Origin: Eledone cirrhosa
Taxonomy: Eukaryota
DNA: 64,000 nt
Assembly (NCBI GenBank): GCA_964016885.1
Contig: OZ024743.1
Span: forward strand, 136,710,001 to 136,774,000
Reading direction: 5' to 3'
Shown: positions 13,401 through 26,000 of the stretch, piece after piece
Numbering within the stretch: position 1 is the stretch's first letter
How the letters are laid out: every line of letters starts with the position of its first letter
Notes under the pieces: generated by a model
The model's input: only the letters and a program-made list of their open reading frames with translations
Told to the model about the DNA's origin: nothing
Database searches by the model: none
Program-made: the position numbers and the translations under genes

Positions 13401-16400
13401 TTTGGTGTTTGGTGCTTGCTGCTGGCTGCTTGGTGTTTGGTGCTTGGTGATTGGTGCTTGGTGTTTGGTGCTTGGTGTTTGGTGTTTGCTGTTTGGTGTT
13501 TCGTGTTTGGTGTTTGCTGTTTCGTGTCTGCTTTTTGGTGTTTGGTGTTTGCTGTTTGTTATTTGCTGTTTGGTGTTTGGTGTTTGGTGTTTGGTGCTTG
13601 GTGCTTGGTGTTTGGTGCTTGGTGCTTGGTGTTTGGTGCCTGGTGCTTGGTGCTTGGTGTTCGGTGTTTGGTGCTTGGAGTTTGGTGTTTGGTGCTTGGT
13701 GCTTGGTGTTTTGTGTTTGGTGTTTGGTTTTTGGTGCTTGGTGCTTGGTGCTTGGTGCTTGGTCCTTGGTGTTTGGTACTTGGTGCTTGGTGTTTGTACT
13801 TGGTGCTTGGTGCTTGGTGTTTGGTGTTTGGTGCTTGGTGTTTGGTGCCTGGTGCTTGGTGCTTGGTGTTTGGTGCTTGGTGTTTGGTGTTTGCTGTTTT
13901 GTGTATGGTGTTTGGTGTTTGGTGTTTGCTGTTTGGTGTCTGCTTTTTGGTGTTTGGTGTTTGCTGTATGGTGTTTGCTGTTTCGTGTTTGGTGTTTGCT
14001 GTTTGGTGTTTGGTGTTTGCTGTTTGGTGTTTGGTCTTTGGTGCTTGGTGTTTGGTGCTTGGTGCTTGGTGTTTGGTGTTTGGTGCTTGGTGCTTCGTGC
14101 TTCGTGTTTGGTGTTTGGTGCTTGGTGTCTGGAGCTTGGTGTTTGGTGTTTGGTGCTTGGTGTTTGGTGTTTGGTGCTTGGTGCTTGGTGTTTGGTGCTT
14201 GGTGCTTGGTGTTTGTACTTGGTGCTTGGTGCTTGGTGCTTGGTGCTTGGTTCTTGGTGTTTGGTGCTTGGTGTTTGGTGCTTGGTGTTTGGTGTTTGGT
14301 GCTTGGTGTTTGGTGTTTGGTGCTTGGTGCTTGGTGTTTGGTGCTTGGTGCTTGGTGTTTGTACTTGGTGCTTGGTGCTTGGTGCTTGGTGCTTGGTGCT
14401 TGGTGTTTGGTGCTTGGTGCTTGGTGCTGGGTGGTTGGTATTTGGTGCTTGGTGTTTTATGCTTGGTGTTTGATGTTTGGTGCTTGGTGCTTGGTATTTG
14501 GTGCTTGGTGCTTGGTGTTTATACTTGGTGCTTGGTGCTTGGTTCTTGGTGTTTGGTGCTTGGTGCTTGGTGCTTGGTGCTTGGTGTTTGGTGCTTGGTG
14601 TTTGGTGCTTGGTGCCTGGTGCTTGGTGCTTGGTGCTTGGTGTTTGGTGCTTGGTGTTTGGTGCTTGGTATTAGGTATTTGGTGCTTGGTGCTTGGTGTT
14701 TGGTGTTTGGTGCTTGGTGTTTGGTGCTTGGTGCTTGGTGTTTGGTGTTTGGTGCTTGGTGTTTGGTGCTTGGTACTTGGTGCTTGGTGTTAGGTGTTTG
14801 GTGCTTGGTGCTTGGTGTTTGGTTTTTGGTGCTTGGTGCTTGGTGTTTGGTGTTTGGTGCTTGCTGCTGGCTGCTTGGTGTTTGGTGCTTGGTGATTGGT
14901 GCTTGGTGTTTGGTGCTTGGTGTTTGGTGTTTGGTACTAGGTGCTTGGTGCTTGGTGTTTGGTGCTTGGTGCTTGGTGTTTGGTGTTTGGTGCTTGGTGT
15001 TTGGTGCTTGGTGCTGGGTTCTGGGTGGTTGGTCTTTGGTGCTTGGTGTTTGGTGCTGGGTGCTTGGTGTTTGGTGCTTGGTGCTTGGTGTTTGGTGTTT
15101 GGTGTTTGGTGTTTGGTGTTTGGTGCTTGGTGCTTGGTGCTTGGTGTTTGGTGCTTGGTGCTTGGTGTTTGGTGCTTGGTGCTTAGTGTTTGGTGCTAGG
15201 TGCTTGGGGTTTGGTGTTTGGTGCTTGGTGCTTGGTGTTTGGTGCTTGGTGCTTGGTGTTTGGTGTTTGGTGCTTGGTGCTTGGTGTTTGGTGTTTGCTG
15301 TTTGCTGTTTGGTGTTTGTTGTTTGGTGTTTGTTGTTTGGTGTTTGCTGTTTGGTGTTTGGTGTTTGGTGTTTGCTGTTTGGTGTCGGCTTTTTGGTGTT
15401 TGGTGTTTGCTGTATGTTATTTGCTGTTTGGTGTTTGGTGTTTGGTGTTTGGTGCTTGGTGCTTGGTGTTTGGTGCTTGGTGCTTGGTGTTTGGTGCCTG
15501 GTGCTTGGTGCTTGGTGTTTGGTGTTTGGTGCTTGGAGTTTGGTGTTTGGTGCTTGGTGCTTGGTGTTTTGTGTTTGGTGTTTGGTTTTGGTGCTTGGTG
15601 CTTGGTGCTTGGTGCTTGGTCCTTGGTGTTTGGTGCTTGGTGCTTGGTGTTTGGTTCTTGGTTCTTGGTGTTTGGTACTTGGTGCTTGGTGCTTGGTGCT
15701 TGGTGTTTGGTGTTTGGTGCTTGGTGCTTGGTGTTTGGTGCTTGGTGTTTGGTGTTTGCTGTTTGGTGTTTGGTGTTTGGTGTTTGGTGTTTGCTGTTTG
15801 GTGTCTGCTTTTTGGTGTTTGGTGTTTGCTGTATGGTGTTTGCTGTTTCGTGTTTGGTGTTTGCTGTTTGGTGTTTGGTGTTTGCTGTTTGGTGTTTGGT
15901 CTTTGGTGCTTGGTGTTTGGTGCTTGGTGCTTGGTGTTTGGTGTTTGGTGCTTGGTGCTTGGTGCTTCGTGTTTGGTGTTTGGTGCTTGGTGTCTGGAGC
16001 TTGGTGTTTGGTGTTTGGTGCTTGGTGTTTGGTGTTTTGTGCTTGGTGCTTGGTGTTTGGTGCTTGGTGCTTGGTGTTTGTACTTGGTGCTTGGTGCTTG
16101 GTGTTTGGTGCTTGGTTCTTGGTGTTTGGTGCTTGGTGTTTGGTGCTTGGTGCTTGGTGTTTGGTGCTTGGTGCTTGGTGCTTGGTGCTTGGTGTTAGGT
16201 GTTTGGTGCTTGGTGCTTGGTGTTTGGTGTTTGGTTCTTGGTGCTTGGTATTTGGTGCTTGGTGCTTGCTGCTTGGTGTTTGGTGCTTGGTGATTGATGC
16301 TTGGTGTTTGGTGCTTGGTGCTTGGTGTTTGGTTTTTGGTGCTAGGTGCTTGGTGCTTGGTGTTTGGTGCTTGGTGTTTGGTGCTTGGTGCTTGGTGTTT

Positions 16401-19400
16401 GGTACTTGGTGCTTGGTGCTTGGTGTTTGGTGCTTGGTGCTTGGTGTTTGGTGTTTGGTGTTTGGTGCTTGGTGCTTGGTGTTTGGTGCTTGGTGCTTGG
16501 TGCTTGGTCTTTGGTGTTTGGTGTTTAGTGCTTGGTGCTTGGTGCTTGGTGTTTGGTGCTTGGTCCTTGGTGTTTGGTGCTTGGTGCTTGGTGTTTGGTG
16601 TTTGGTGCTTGGTGCTTGGTGCTTCGTGTTTGGTGTTTGGTGCTTGGTGTCTGGAGCTTGGTGTTTGGTGTTTGGTGCTTGGTGTTTGGTGTTTGGTGCT
16701 TGGTGCTTGGTGTTTGGTGCTTGGTGCTTGGTGTTTGTACTTGGTGCTTGGTGCTTGGTGTTTGGTGCTTGGTTCTTGGTGTTTGGTGCTTGGTGTTTGG
16801 AGCTTGGTGCTTGGTGTTTGGTGCTTGGTGCTTGGTGTTTGTACTTGGTGCTTGGTGCTTGCTGTTTGGTGCTTGGTTCTTGGTGTTTGGTGCTTGGTGT
16901 TTGGAGCTTGGTGCTTGGTGTTTGGTGCTTGGTGCTTGGTGTTTGGTGTTTGGTGCCTGGTGCTTGGTGTTTGGTGTTTGGTGCTTGGTGTTTGGTGTTT
17001 GGTGCTTGGTGCTTGGTGTTTGTTGCTTGGTACTTGGTGCATGGTGTTTGGTGCTGGGTGCTTGGTGTTTGGTGCTTGGTGTTTGGTGCTTGGTGCTTGG
17101 TGTTTGGTGTTTGGTGTTTGATGCTTGGTGTTTTATGCTTGGTGCTTGGTGTTTGGTGCTTGGTGTTTGTACTTGGTGCTTGGTGCTCGGTGTTTTGTGC
17201 TTGGTTCTTGGGGTTTGGTGTTTGGTGCTTGGTACTTGGTGCTTGGTGTTAGGTGTTTGGTGCTTGGTGCTTGGTGTTTGGTCCTTGGTGCTTGGTGCTT
17301 GGTGTTTAGTGCTTGGTGCTTGGTGTTTGTTGTTTGGTGCTTTCTGTTTACTGCTTGGTGTTTGCTGCTTGGTGCTTGGTGCTTGGTGCTTGGTGTTTGG
17401 TGTTTGGTGCTAGGTGCTTGGTGTTTGGTGTTTGGTGTTTGATGCTTGGTGTTTGGTGCTTGGTGTTTGGTGCTTGGTGCTTGGGGCTTGGTGTTTGGTG
17501 CTTGGTGCTTGGTGCTTGGTGTTTGGTGCTTGGTGCTTGGTGTTTGGTCTTTGGTGTTTGGTGCTTGGTGCTTGGTGTTTGGTGCTTGGTGCTTGGTGCT
17601 GGGTGGTTGGTATTTGGTGCTTGGTGCTTGGTGTTTGGTGCTTGGTGCTTGGTGCTTGGTGTTTGGTGCTTGGTGCTTGGTGCTTGGTCTTTGGTGCTTG
17701 GTGTTTGGTGTTTGGTGCTTGGTGCTTTGTGTTTGGTGCTTGGTGATTAGTGTTTGGTGCTTGGTACTTGGTGTTTGGTGCTTGGTGTTTGGTGTTTGCT
17801 GTTTGGTGTTTGGTGTTTGGTGTTTGCTGTTTGGTGTCTGCTTTTTGGTGTTTGGTGTTTGCTGTATGGTGTTTGCTGTTTCGTGTTCGGTGTTTGCTGT
17901 TTGGTGTTTGGTGTTTGCTGTTTGGTGTTTGGTCTTTGGTGCTTGGTGTTTGGTGCTTGGTGCTTGGTGTTTGGTGTTTGGTGCTTGGTGTTTGGTGTTT
18001 GGTGCTTGGTGCTTGGTGCTTGGTGTTTGGTGCTTGGTGTCTGGTGCTTGGTGTCTGGTGCTTGGTGTTTGGTGTTTGGTGTTTGGTGCTTGGTGTTTGG
18101 TGTTTGGTGTTTGGTGTTTGGTGCTTGTTGCTTGGTGCTTGGTGCTTGGTGTTTGGTGCTTGGTGCTTGGTGTTTGGTGCTGGGTGCTTGGTGTTTGGTG
18201 CTTGGTGCTTGGTGTTTGGTGTTTGGTGCTTGGTGCTTGGTGTTTGGTGTTTGGTGTTATATGCTTGGTGTTTGGTGCTTGGTGCTTGGTGTTTGGTGTT
18301 TGGTTCTTGATGCTTGGTATTTGGTGCTTGGTGCTTGCTGCTTGGTGTTTGGTGCTTGGTGATTGATGCTTGGTGTTTGGTGCTTGGTGCTTGGTGTTTG
18401 GTTTTTGGTGCTAGGTGCTTGGTGCTTGGTGTTTGGTGCTTGGTGTTTGGTGTTTGGTGCTTGGTGCTTGGTGTTTGGTACTTGGTGCTTGGTGCTTGGT
18501 GTTTGGTGCTTGGTGCTTGGTGTTTGGTGTTTGGTGTTTGGTGCTTGGTGCTTGGTGTTTGGTGCTTGGTGCTTGGTGCTGGGTGGTTGGTGTTTGGTGC
18601 TTGGTGCTTGGTGTTTCGTGCTAGGTGCATGGTGCTTGGTGTTTGGTGCTTGGTGCTTGGTGCTTGGTCTTTGGTGTTTGGTGTTTAGTGCTTGGTGCTT
18701 GGTGCTTGGTGCTTGGTGCTTGGTCCTTGGTGTTTGGTGCTTGGTGCTTGGTGTTTGGTGTTTGGTGCTTGGTGCTTGGTGCTTCGTGTTTGGTGTTTGG
18801 TGCTTGGTGTCTGGAGCTTGGTGTTTGGTGTTTGGTGCTTGGTGCTTGGTGTTTGGTGCTTGGTGCTTGGTGTTTGTACTTGGTGCTTGGTGCTTGGTGT
18901 TTGGTGCTTGGTTCTTGGTGTTTCGTGCTTGGTGTTTGGAGCTTGGTGCTTGGTGTTTGGTGCTTGGTGCTTGGTGTTTGTACTTGGTTCTTGGTGCTTG
19001 GTGTTTGGTGCTTGGTTCTTGGTGTTTGGTGCTTGGTGTTTGGAGCTTGGTGCTTGGTGTTTGGTGCTTGGTGCTTGGTGTTTGGTGTTTGGTGCTTGGT
19101 GCTTGGTGTTTGGTGTTTGGTGCTTAGTGTTTGGTGTTTGGTGCTTGGTGCTTGGTGTTTGTTGCTTGGTACTTGGTGCATGGTGTTTGGTGCTGGGTGC
19201 TTGGTGTTTGGTGCTTGGTGTTTGGTGCTTGGTGCTTGGTGTTTGGTGTTTGGTGTTTGATGCTTGGTGTTTTATGCTTGGTGCTTGGTGTTTGGTGCTT
19301 GGTGTTTGTACTTGGTGCTTGGTGCTTGGTGTTTTGTGCTTGGTTCTTGGTGTTTGGTGTTTGGTGCTTGGTACTTGGTGCTTGGTGTTAGGTGTTTGGT

Positions 19401-20000
19401 GCTTGGTGCTTGGTGTTTGGTGTTTGGTCCTTGGTGCTTGGTGCTTGGTGTTTGCTGCTTGGTGCTTGGTGCTTGGTGTTTGGTGTTTGGTGCTAGGTGC
19501 TTGGTGTTTGGTGTTTGGTGTTTGATGCTTGGTGTTTGGTGCTTGGTGTTTGGTGCTTGGGGCTTGGGGCTTGGTGTTTGGTGCTTGGTGCTTGGTGCTT
19601 GGTGTTTGGTGCTTGGTGCTTGGTGTTTGGTGTTTGGTGTTTGGTGCTTGGTGCTTGGTGTTTGGTGCTTGGTGCTTGGTGCTGGGTGGTTGGTATTTGG
19701 TGATTGGTGCTTGGTGCTTGGTGTTTGGTGCTTGGTGCTTGGTGCTTGGTCTTTGGTGCTTGGTGTTTGGTGTTTGGTGCTTGGTGCTTTGTGTTTGGTG
19801 CTTGGTGATTAGTGTTTGGTGCTTGGTACTTGGTGTTTGGTGCTTGGTGTTTGGTGTTTGCTGTTTGGTGTTTGGTGTTTGGTGTTTGCTGTTTGGTGTC
19901 TGCTTTTTGGTGTTTGGTGTTTGCTGTATGGTGTTTGCTGTTTCGTGTTTGGTGTTTGCTGTTTGGTGTTTGGTGTTTGCTGTTTGGTGTTTGGTCTTTG
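7500..20000 (+). repeat. Block homology with about 8.7-kb offset (about 7.5-11.4 kb vs about 16.3-20.0 kb)
   Basis: ORF pairs are offset by 8728 bp (8397/17125, 9026/17754, 9586/18314, 9635/18363, 9893/18621), 8770 (7524/16294), 8707 (10424/19131) and 8651 (10846/19497, 11161/19812). These offsets differ by multiples of 7. Confidence 0.8.
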
Positions 20001-23000
20001 GTGCATGGTGTTTGGTGCTTGGTGTTTGGTGTTTGGTGTTTGGTGCTTGGTGTTTGGTGTTTGGTGTTTGGTGTTTGGTGCTTGTTGCTCGGTGCTTGGT
20101 GCTTGGTGTTTGGTGCTTGGTGCTTGGTGTTTGGTGCTGGGTGCTTGGTGTTTGGTGCTTGGTGCTTGGTGCTTGGTGTTTGGTGTTTGGTGTTATATGC
20201 TTGGTGTTTGATGCTTGGTGCTTGGTGCTTGGTGTTTGGTGTTTGGTGCTTGGTGTTTTATGCTTGGTTTTTGATGTTTGGTGCTTGGTGCTTGGTGTTT
20301 GGTGATTGGTGCTTGGTGTTTGTACTTGGTGCTTGGTGCTTGGTTATTGGTGTTTGGTGCTTGGTGCTTGGTGCTTGGTGCTTGGTGTTTGGTGCTTGGT
20401 GTTTGGTGCTTGGTGTTTGGTGCTTGGTGCCTGGTGCTTGGTGCTTGGTGCTTGGTGTTTGGTGCTTGGTGTTTGCTGCTTGGTATTAGGTGTTTGGTGC
20501 TTGGTGCTTGGTGTTTGGTGTTTGGTGCTTGGTGTTTGGTGCTTGGTGTTTGGTGTTTGGTGCTTGGTGTTTGGTGCTTGGTACTTGGTGCTTGGTGCTT
20601 GGTGTTAGGTGTTTGGTGCTTGGTGCTTGGTGTTTGGTTTTTGGTGCTTGGTGCTTGGTGTTTGGTGTTTGGTGCTTGCTGCTGGCTGCTTGGTGTTTGG
20701 TGCTTGGTGTTTGGTGCTTGGTACTTGGTGCTTGGTGCTTGGTGTTTGGTGTTTGGTACTAGGTGCTTGGTGCTTGGTGTTTGGTGCTTGGTGCTTGGTG
20801 TTTGGTGCTTGGTGCTGGGTTCTGGGTGGTTGGTGTTTAATGCTTGGTGTTTGGTGCTGGGTGCTTGGTGTTTGGTGCTTGGTGCTTGGTCTTTGGTGTT
20901 TGGTGTTTGGTGTTTGGGGCTTGGTGCTTGGTGCTTGGTGTTTGGTGCTTGGTGCTTGGTGTTTGGTGCTTGGTGCTTAGTGTTTGGTGCTAGGTGCTTG
21001 GGGTTTGGTGTTTGGTGCTTGGTGCTTGGTGTTTGGTGCTTGGTGCTTGGTGTTTGGTGTTTGGTGCTTGGTGCTTGATGTTTGGTGTTTCCTGTTTGCT
21101 GTTTGGTGTTTGGTGTTTGGTGTTTGCTGTTTGGTGTCTGCTTTTTGGTGTTTGGTGTTTGCTGTATGTTATTTGCTGTTTGGTGTTTGGTGTTTGGTGT
21201 TTGGTGCTTGGTGCTTGGTGTTTGGTGCTTGGTGCTTGGTGTTTGGTGCCTGGTACTTGGGGCTTGGTGTTTGGTGTTTGGTGCTTGGAGCTTCGAGTTT
21301 GGTGTTTGGTGCTTGGTGCTTGGTGTTTTGTGTTTGGTGTTTGGTTTTTGGTGCTTGGTGCTTGGTGCTTGGTGCTTGGTCCTTGGTGTTTGGTGCTTGG
21401 TGCTTGGTGTTTGTACTTGGTGCTTGGTGCTTGGTGTTTGGTTCTTGGTTCTTGGTGTTTGGTACTTGGTGCTTGGTGCTTGGTGCTTGGTGCTTGGTGC
21501 TTGGTGTTTGGTGTTTGGTGTTTGGTGCTTGGTGCTTGGTGTTTGGTGCTTGGTGCTTGGTGCTGGGTGGTTGGTATTTGGTGCTTGGTGCTTGGTGTTT
21601 GGTGCTTGGTGCTTGGTGCTTGGTGTTTGGTGCTTGGTGCTTGGTGCTTGGTCTTTGGTGCTTGGTGTTTGGTGTTTGGTGCTTGGTGCTTTGTGTTTGG
21701 TGCTTGGTGATTAGTGTTTGGTGCTTGGTACTTGGTGTTTGGTGCTTGGTGTTTGGTGTTTGCTGTTTGGTGTTTGGTGTTTGGTGTTTGCTGTTTGGTG
21801 TCTGCTTTTTAGTGTTTGGTGTTTGCTGTATGGTGTTTGCTGTTTCGTGTTTGGTGTTTGCTGTTTGGTGTTTGGTGTTTGCTGTTTGGTGTTTGGTCTT
21901 TGGTGCTTGGTGTTTGGTGCTTGGCGCTTGGTGTTTGGTGATTGGTGCTTGGTGTTTGGTGTTTGGTGCTTGGTGCTTGGTGCTTGGTGTTTGGTGCTTG
22001 GTGTCTGGTGCTTCGTGTCTGGTGCTTGGTGTTTGGTGTTTGGTGTTTGGTGCTTGGTGTTTGGTGTTTGGTGCTTGTTGCTTGGTGCTTGGTGCTTGGT
22101 GTTTGGTGCTTGTTGCTTGGTGTTTGGTGCTGGGTGCTTGGTGTTTGGTGCTTGGTGCTTGGTGTTTGGTGTTTGGTGCTTGGTGCTTGGTGTTTGGTGT
22201 TTGGTGTTATATGCTTGGTGTTTGGTGCTTGGTGCTTGGTGTTTGGTGTTTGGTGCTTGGTGTTTGGTTTTTGGTGCTAGGTGCTTGGTGCTTGGTGTTT
22301 GGTGCTTGGTGTTTGGTGTTTGGTGCTTGGTGCTTGGTGTTTGGTACTTGGTGCTTGGTGCTTGGTGTTTGGTGCTTGGTGCTTGGTGTTTGGTGTTTGG
22401 TGTTTGGTGCTTGGTGCTTGGTGTTTGGTGCTTGGTGCTGGGTGGTTGGTGTTTGGTGCTTGGTGCTTGGTGTTTCGTGCTAGGTGCATGGTGCTTGGTG
22501 TTTGGTGCTTGGTGCTTGGTGCTTGGTCTTTGGTGTTTGGTGTTTAGTGCTTGGTGCTTGGTGCTTGGTGCTTGGTGCTTGGTGCTTGGTCCTTGGTGTT
22601 TGGGGCTTGGTGCTTGGTGTTTGGTGTTTGGTGCTTGGTGCTTGGTGCTTCGTGTTTGGTGTTTGGTGCTTGGTGTCTGGAGCTTGGTGTTTGGTGTTTG
22701 GTGCTTGGTGTTTGGTGTTTGGTGCTTGGTGCTTGGTGTTTGGTGCTTGGTGCTTGGTGTTTGTACTTGGTGCTTCGTGCTTGGTGTTTGGTGCTTGGTT
22801 CTTGGTGTTTGGTGCTTGGTGTTTGGAGCTTGGTGCTTGGTGTTTGGTGCTTGGTGCTTGGTGTTTGCTCTTGGTGCTTGGTGCTTGGTGTTTGGTGCTT
22901 GGTTCTTGGTGTTTGGTGCTTGGTGTTTGGAGCTTGGTGCTTGGTGTTTGGTGCTTGGTGCTTGGTGTTTGGTGTTTGGTGCTTGGTGCTTGGTGTTTGG

Positions 23001-26000
23001 TGTTTGGTGCTTGGTGTTTGGTGTTTGGTGTTTCGTGCTTGGTGCTTGGTGTTTGTTGCTTGGTACTTGGTGCATGGTGTTTGGTGCTGGGTGCTTGGTG
23101 TTTTGTGCTTGGTTCTTGGTGTTTGGTGTTTGGTGCTTGGTACTTGGTGTCTGGAGCTTGGTGTTTGGTGTTTGGTGCTTGGTGTTTGGTGCTTGGTGCT
23201 TGGTGTTTGGTGTTTGGTGTTTGATGCTTGGTGTTTTATGATTGGTGCTTGGTGTTTGGTGCTTGGTGTTTGTATTTGGTGCTTGGTGCTTGGTGTTTTG
23301 TGCTTGGTTCTTGGTGTTTGGTGCTGGGTGCTTGGTACTTGGTGCTTGGTGTTAGGTGTTTGGTGCTTGGTGCTTGGTGTTTGGTGTTTGGTCCTTGGTG
23401 CTTGGTGCTTGGTGTTTAGTGCTTGGTGCTTGGTGTTTGTTGTTTGGTGCTTTCTGTTTGCTGCTTGGTGTTTGCTGCTTGGTGCTTGGTGCTTGGTGTT
23501 TGGTGTTTGGTGCTAGGTGCTTGGTGTTTGGTGTTTGGTGTTTGATGCTTGGTGTTTGGTGCTTGGTGTTTGGTGCTTGGCGCTTGGGGCTTGGTGTTTG
23601 GTGCTTGGTGCTTGGTGCTTGGTGTTTGGTGCTTGGTGCTTGGTGTTTGGTGTTTGGTGTTTGGTGCTTGGTGCTTGGTGTTTGGTGCTTGGTGCTTGGT
23701 GCTGGGTGGTTGGTATTTGGTGCTTGGTGCTTGGTGTTTGGTGCTTGGTGCTTGGTGCTTGGTGTTTGGTGCTTGGTGCTTGGTGCTTGGTCTTTGGTGC
23801 TTGGTGTTTGGTGTTTGGTGCTTGGTGCTTTGTGTTTGGTGCTTGGTGATTAGTGTTTGGTGCTTGGTACTTGGTGTTTGGTGCTTGGTGTTTGGTGTTT
23901 GCTGTTTGGTGTTTGGTGTTTGGTGTTTGCTGTTTGGTGTCTGCTTTTTGGTGTTTGGTGTTTGCTGTATGGTGTTTGCTGTTTCGTGTTTGGTGTTTGC
24001 TGTTTGGTGTTTGGTGTTTGCTGTTTGGTGTTTGGTCTTTGGTGCTTGGTGTTTGGTGCTTGGTGCTTGGTGTTTGGTGTTTGGTGCTTGGTGCTTGGTG
24101 CTTGGTGTTTGGTGTTTGGTGCTTGGTGCTTGGTGTTTGGTGCTTGGTGCTGGGTGGTTGTTGTTTGGTGCTTGGTGCTTGGTGTTTCGTGCTAGGTGCA
24201 TGGTGCTTGGTGTTTGGTGCTTGGTGCTTGGTGCTTGGTGCTTGGTGCTTGGTCCTTGGTGTTTGGTGCTTGGTGCTTGGTGTTTGGTGTTTGGTGCTTG
24301 GTGCTTGGTGCTTCGTGTTTGGTGTTTGGTGCTTGGTGTCTGGAGCTTGGTGTTTGGTGTTTGGTGCTTGGTGTTTGGTGTTTCGTGCTTGGTGCTTGGT
24401 GTTTGGTGCTTGGTGCTTGGTGTTTGTACTTGGTGCTTGGTGCTTGGTGTTTGGTGCTTGGTTCTTGGTGTTTGGTGCTTGGTGTTTGGAGCTTGGTGCT
24501 TGGTGTTTGGTGCTTGGTGCTTGGTGTTTGGTGTTTGGTGCTTGGTGCTTGGTGTTTGGTGTTTGGTGCTTGGTGTTTGGTGTTTGGTGCTTGGTGCTTG
24601 GTGTTTGTTGCTTGGTACTTGGTGCTTGGTGTTTGGTGCTGGGTGCTTGGTGTTTTGTGCTTGGTTCTTGGTGTTTGGTGTTTGGTGCTTGGTACTTGGT
24701 GTCTGGAGCTTGGTGTTTGGTGTTTGGTGCTTGGTGTTTGGTGTTTGGTGCTTGGTGTTTGGTGCTTGGTGCCTGGTGCTTGGTGCTTGGTGCTTGGTGT
24801 TTGGTGCTTGGTGTTTGCTGCTTGGTATTAGGTGTTTGGTGCTTGGTGCTTGGTGTTTGGTGTTTGGTGCTTGGTGTTTGGTGCTTGGTGTTTGGTGTTT
24901 GGTGCTTGGTGTTTGGTGCTTGGTACTTGGTGCTTGGTGCTTGGTGTTAGGTGTTTGGTGCTTGGTGCTTGGTGTTTGGTTTTTGGTGCTTGGTGCTTGG
25001 TGTTTGGTGTTTGGTGCTTGCTGCTGGCTGCTTGGTGTTTGGTGCTTGGTGATTGGTGCTTGGTGTTTGGTGCTTGGTGTTTGGTGTTTGGTACTAGGTG
25101 CTTGGTGCTTGGTGTTTGGTGCTTGGTGCTTGGTGTTTGGTGCTTGGTGCTGGGTTCTGGGTGGTTGGTGTTTGGTGCTTGGTGTTTGGTGCTGGGTGCT
25201 TGGTGTTTGGTGCTTGGTGCTTGGTCTTTGGTGTTTGGTGTTTGGTGTTTGGGGCTTGGTGCTTGGTGCTTGGTGTTTGGTGCTTGGTGCTTGGTGTTTG
25301 GTGCTTGGTGCTTAGTGTTTGGTGCTATGTGCTTGGGGTTTGGTGTTTGGTGCTTGGTGCTTGGTGTTTGGTGCTTGGTGCTTGGTGTTTGGTGTTTGGT
25401 GCTTGGTGCTTGATGTTTGGTGTTTCCTGTTTGCTGTTTGGTGTTTGGTGTTTGGTGTTTGCTGTTTGGTGTCTGCTTTTTGGTGTTTGGTGTTTGCTGT
25501 ATGTTATTTGCTGTTTGGTGTTTGGTGTTTGGTGTTTGGTGCTTGGTGCTTGGTGTTTGGTGCTTGGTGCTTGGTGTTTGGTGCCTGGTACTTGGGGCTT
25601 GGTGTTTGGTGTTTGGTGCTTGGTGCTTGGAGTTTGGTGTTTGGTGCTTGGTGCTTGGTGTTTTGTGTTTGGTGTTTGGTTTTTGGTGCTTGGTGCTTGG
25701 TGCTTGGTGCTTGGTCCTTGGTGTTTGGTGCTTGGTGCTTGGTGTTTGTACTTGGTGCTTGGTGCTTGGTGTTTGGTTCTTGGTTCTTGGTGTTTGGTAC
25801 TTGGTGCTTGGTGCTTGGTGCTTGGTGTTTGGTGTTTGGTGTTTGGTGCTTGGTGCTTGGTGTTTGGTGCTTGGTGCTTGGTGCTGGGTGGTTGGTATTT
25901 GGTGCTTGGTGCTTGGTGTTTGGTGCTTGGTGCTTGGTGCTTGGTGTTTGGTGCTTGGTGCTTGGTGCTTGGTCTTTGGTGCTTGGTGTTTGGTGTTTGG

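Noticed and set aside
15582-15595. Singleton 1-bp deletions (T4 instead of T5 at 15586-15589, and TGGTAT at about 38684)
   Set aside because: They are not shared with paralogous blocks and fall in T runs, so they may be consensus errors. They were not interpreted.
12447-17252. 1601-aa + strand ORF and all other W/C/L/V/G-rich + strand ORFs (for example 53839-56934) as membrane proteins
   Set aside because: Stop codons need A, which is nearly absent on +. The same peptide appears in all three overlapping frames, most starts are non-ATG, and there are no unique domains.
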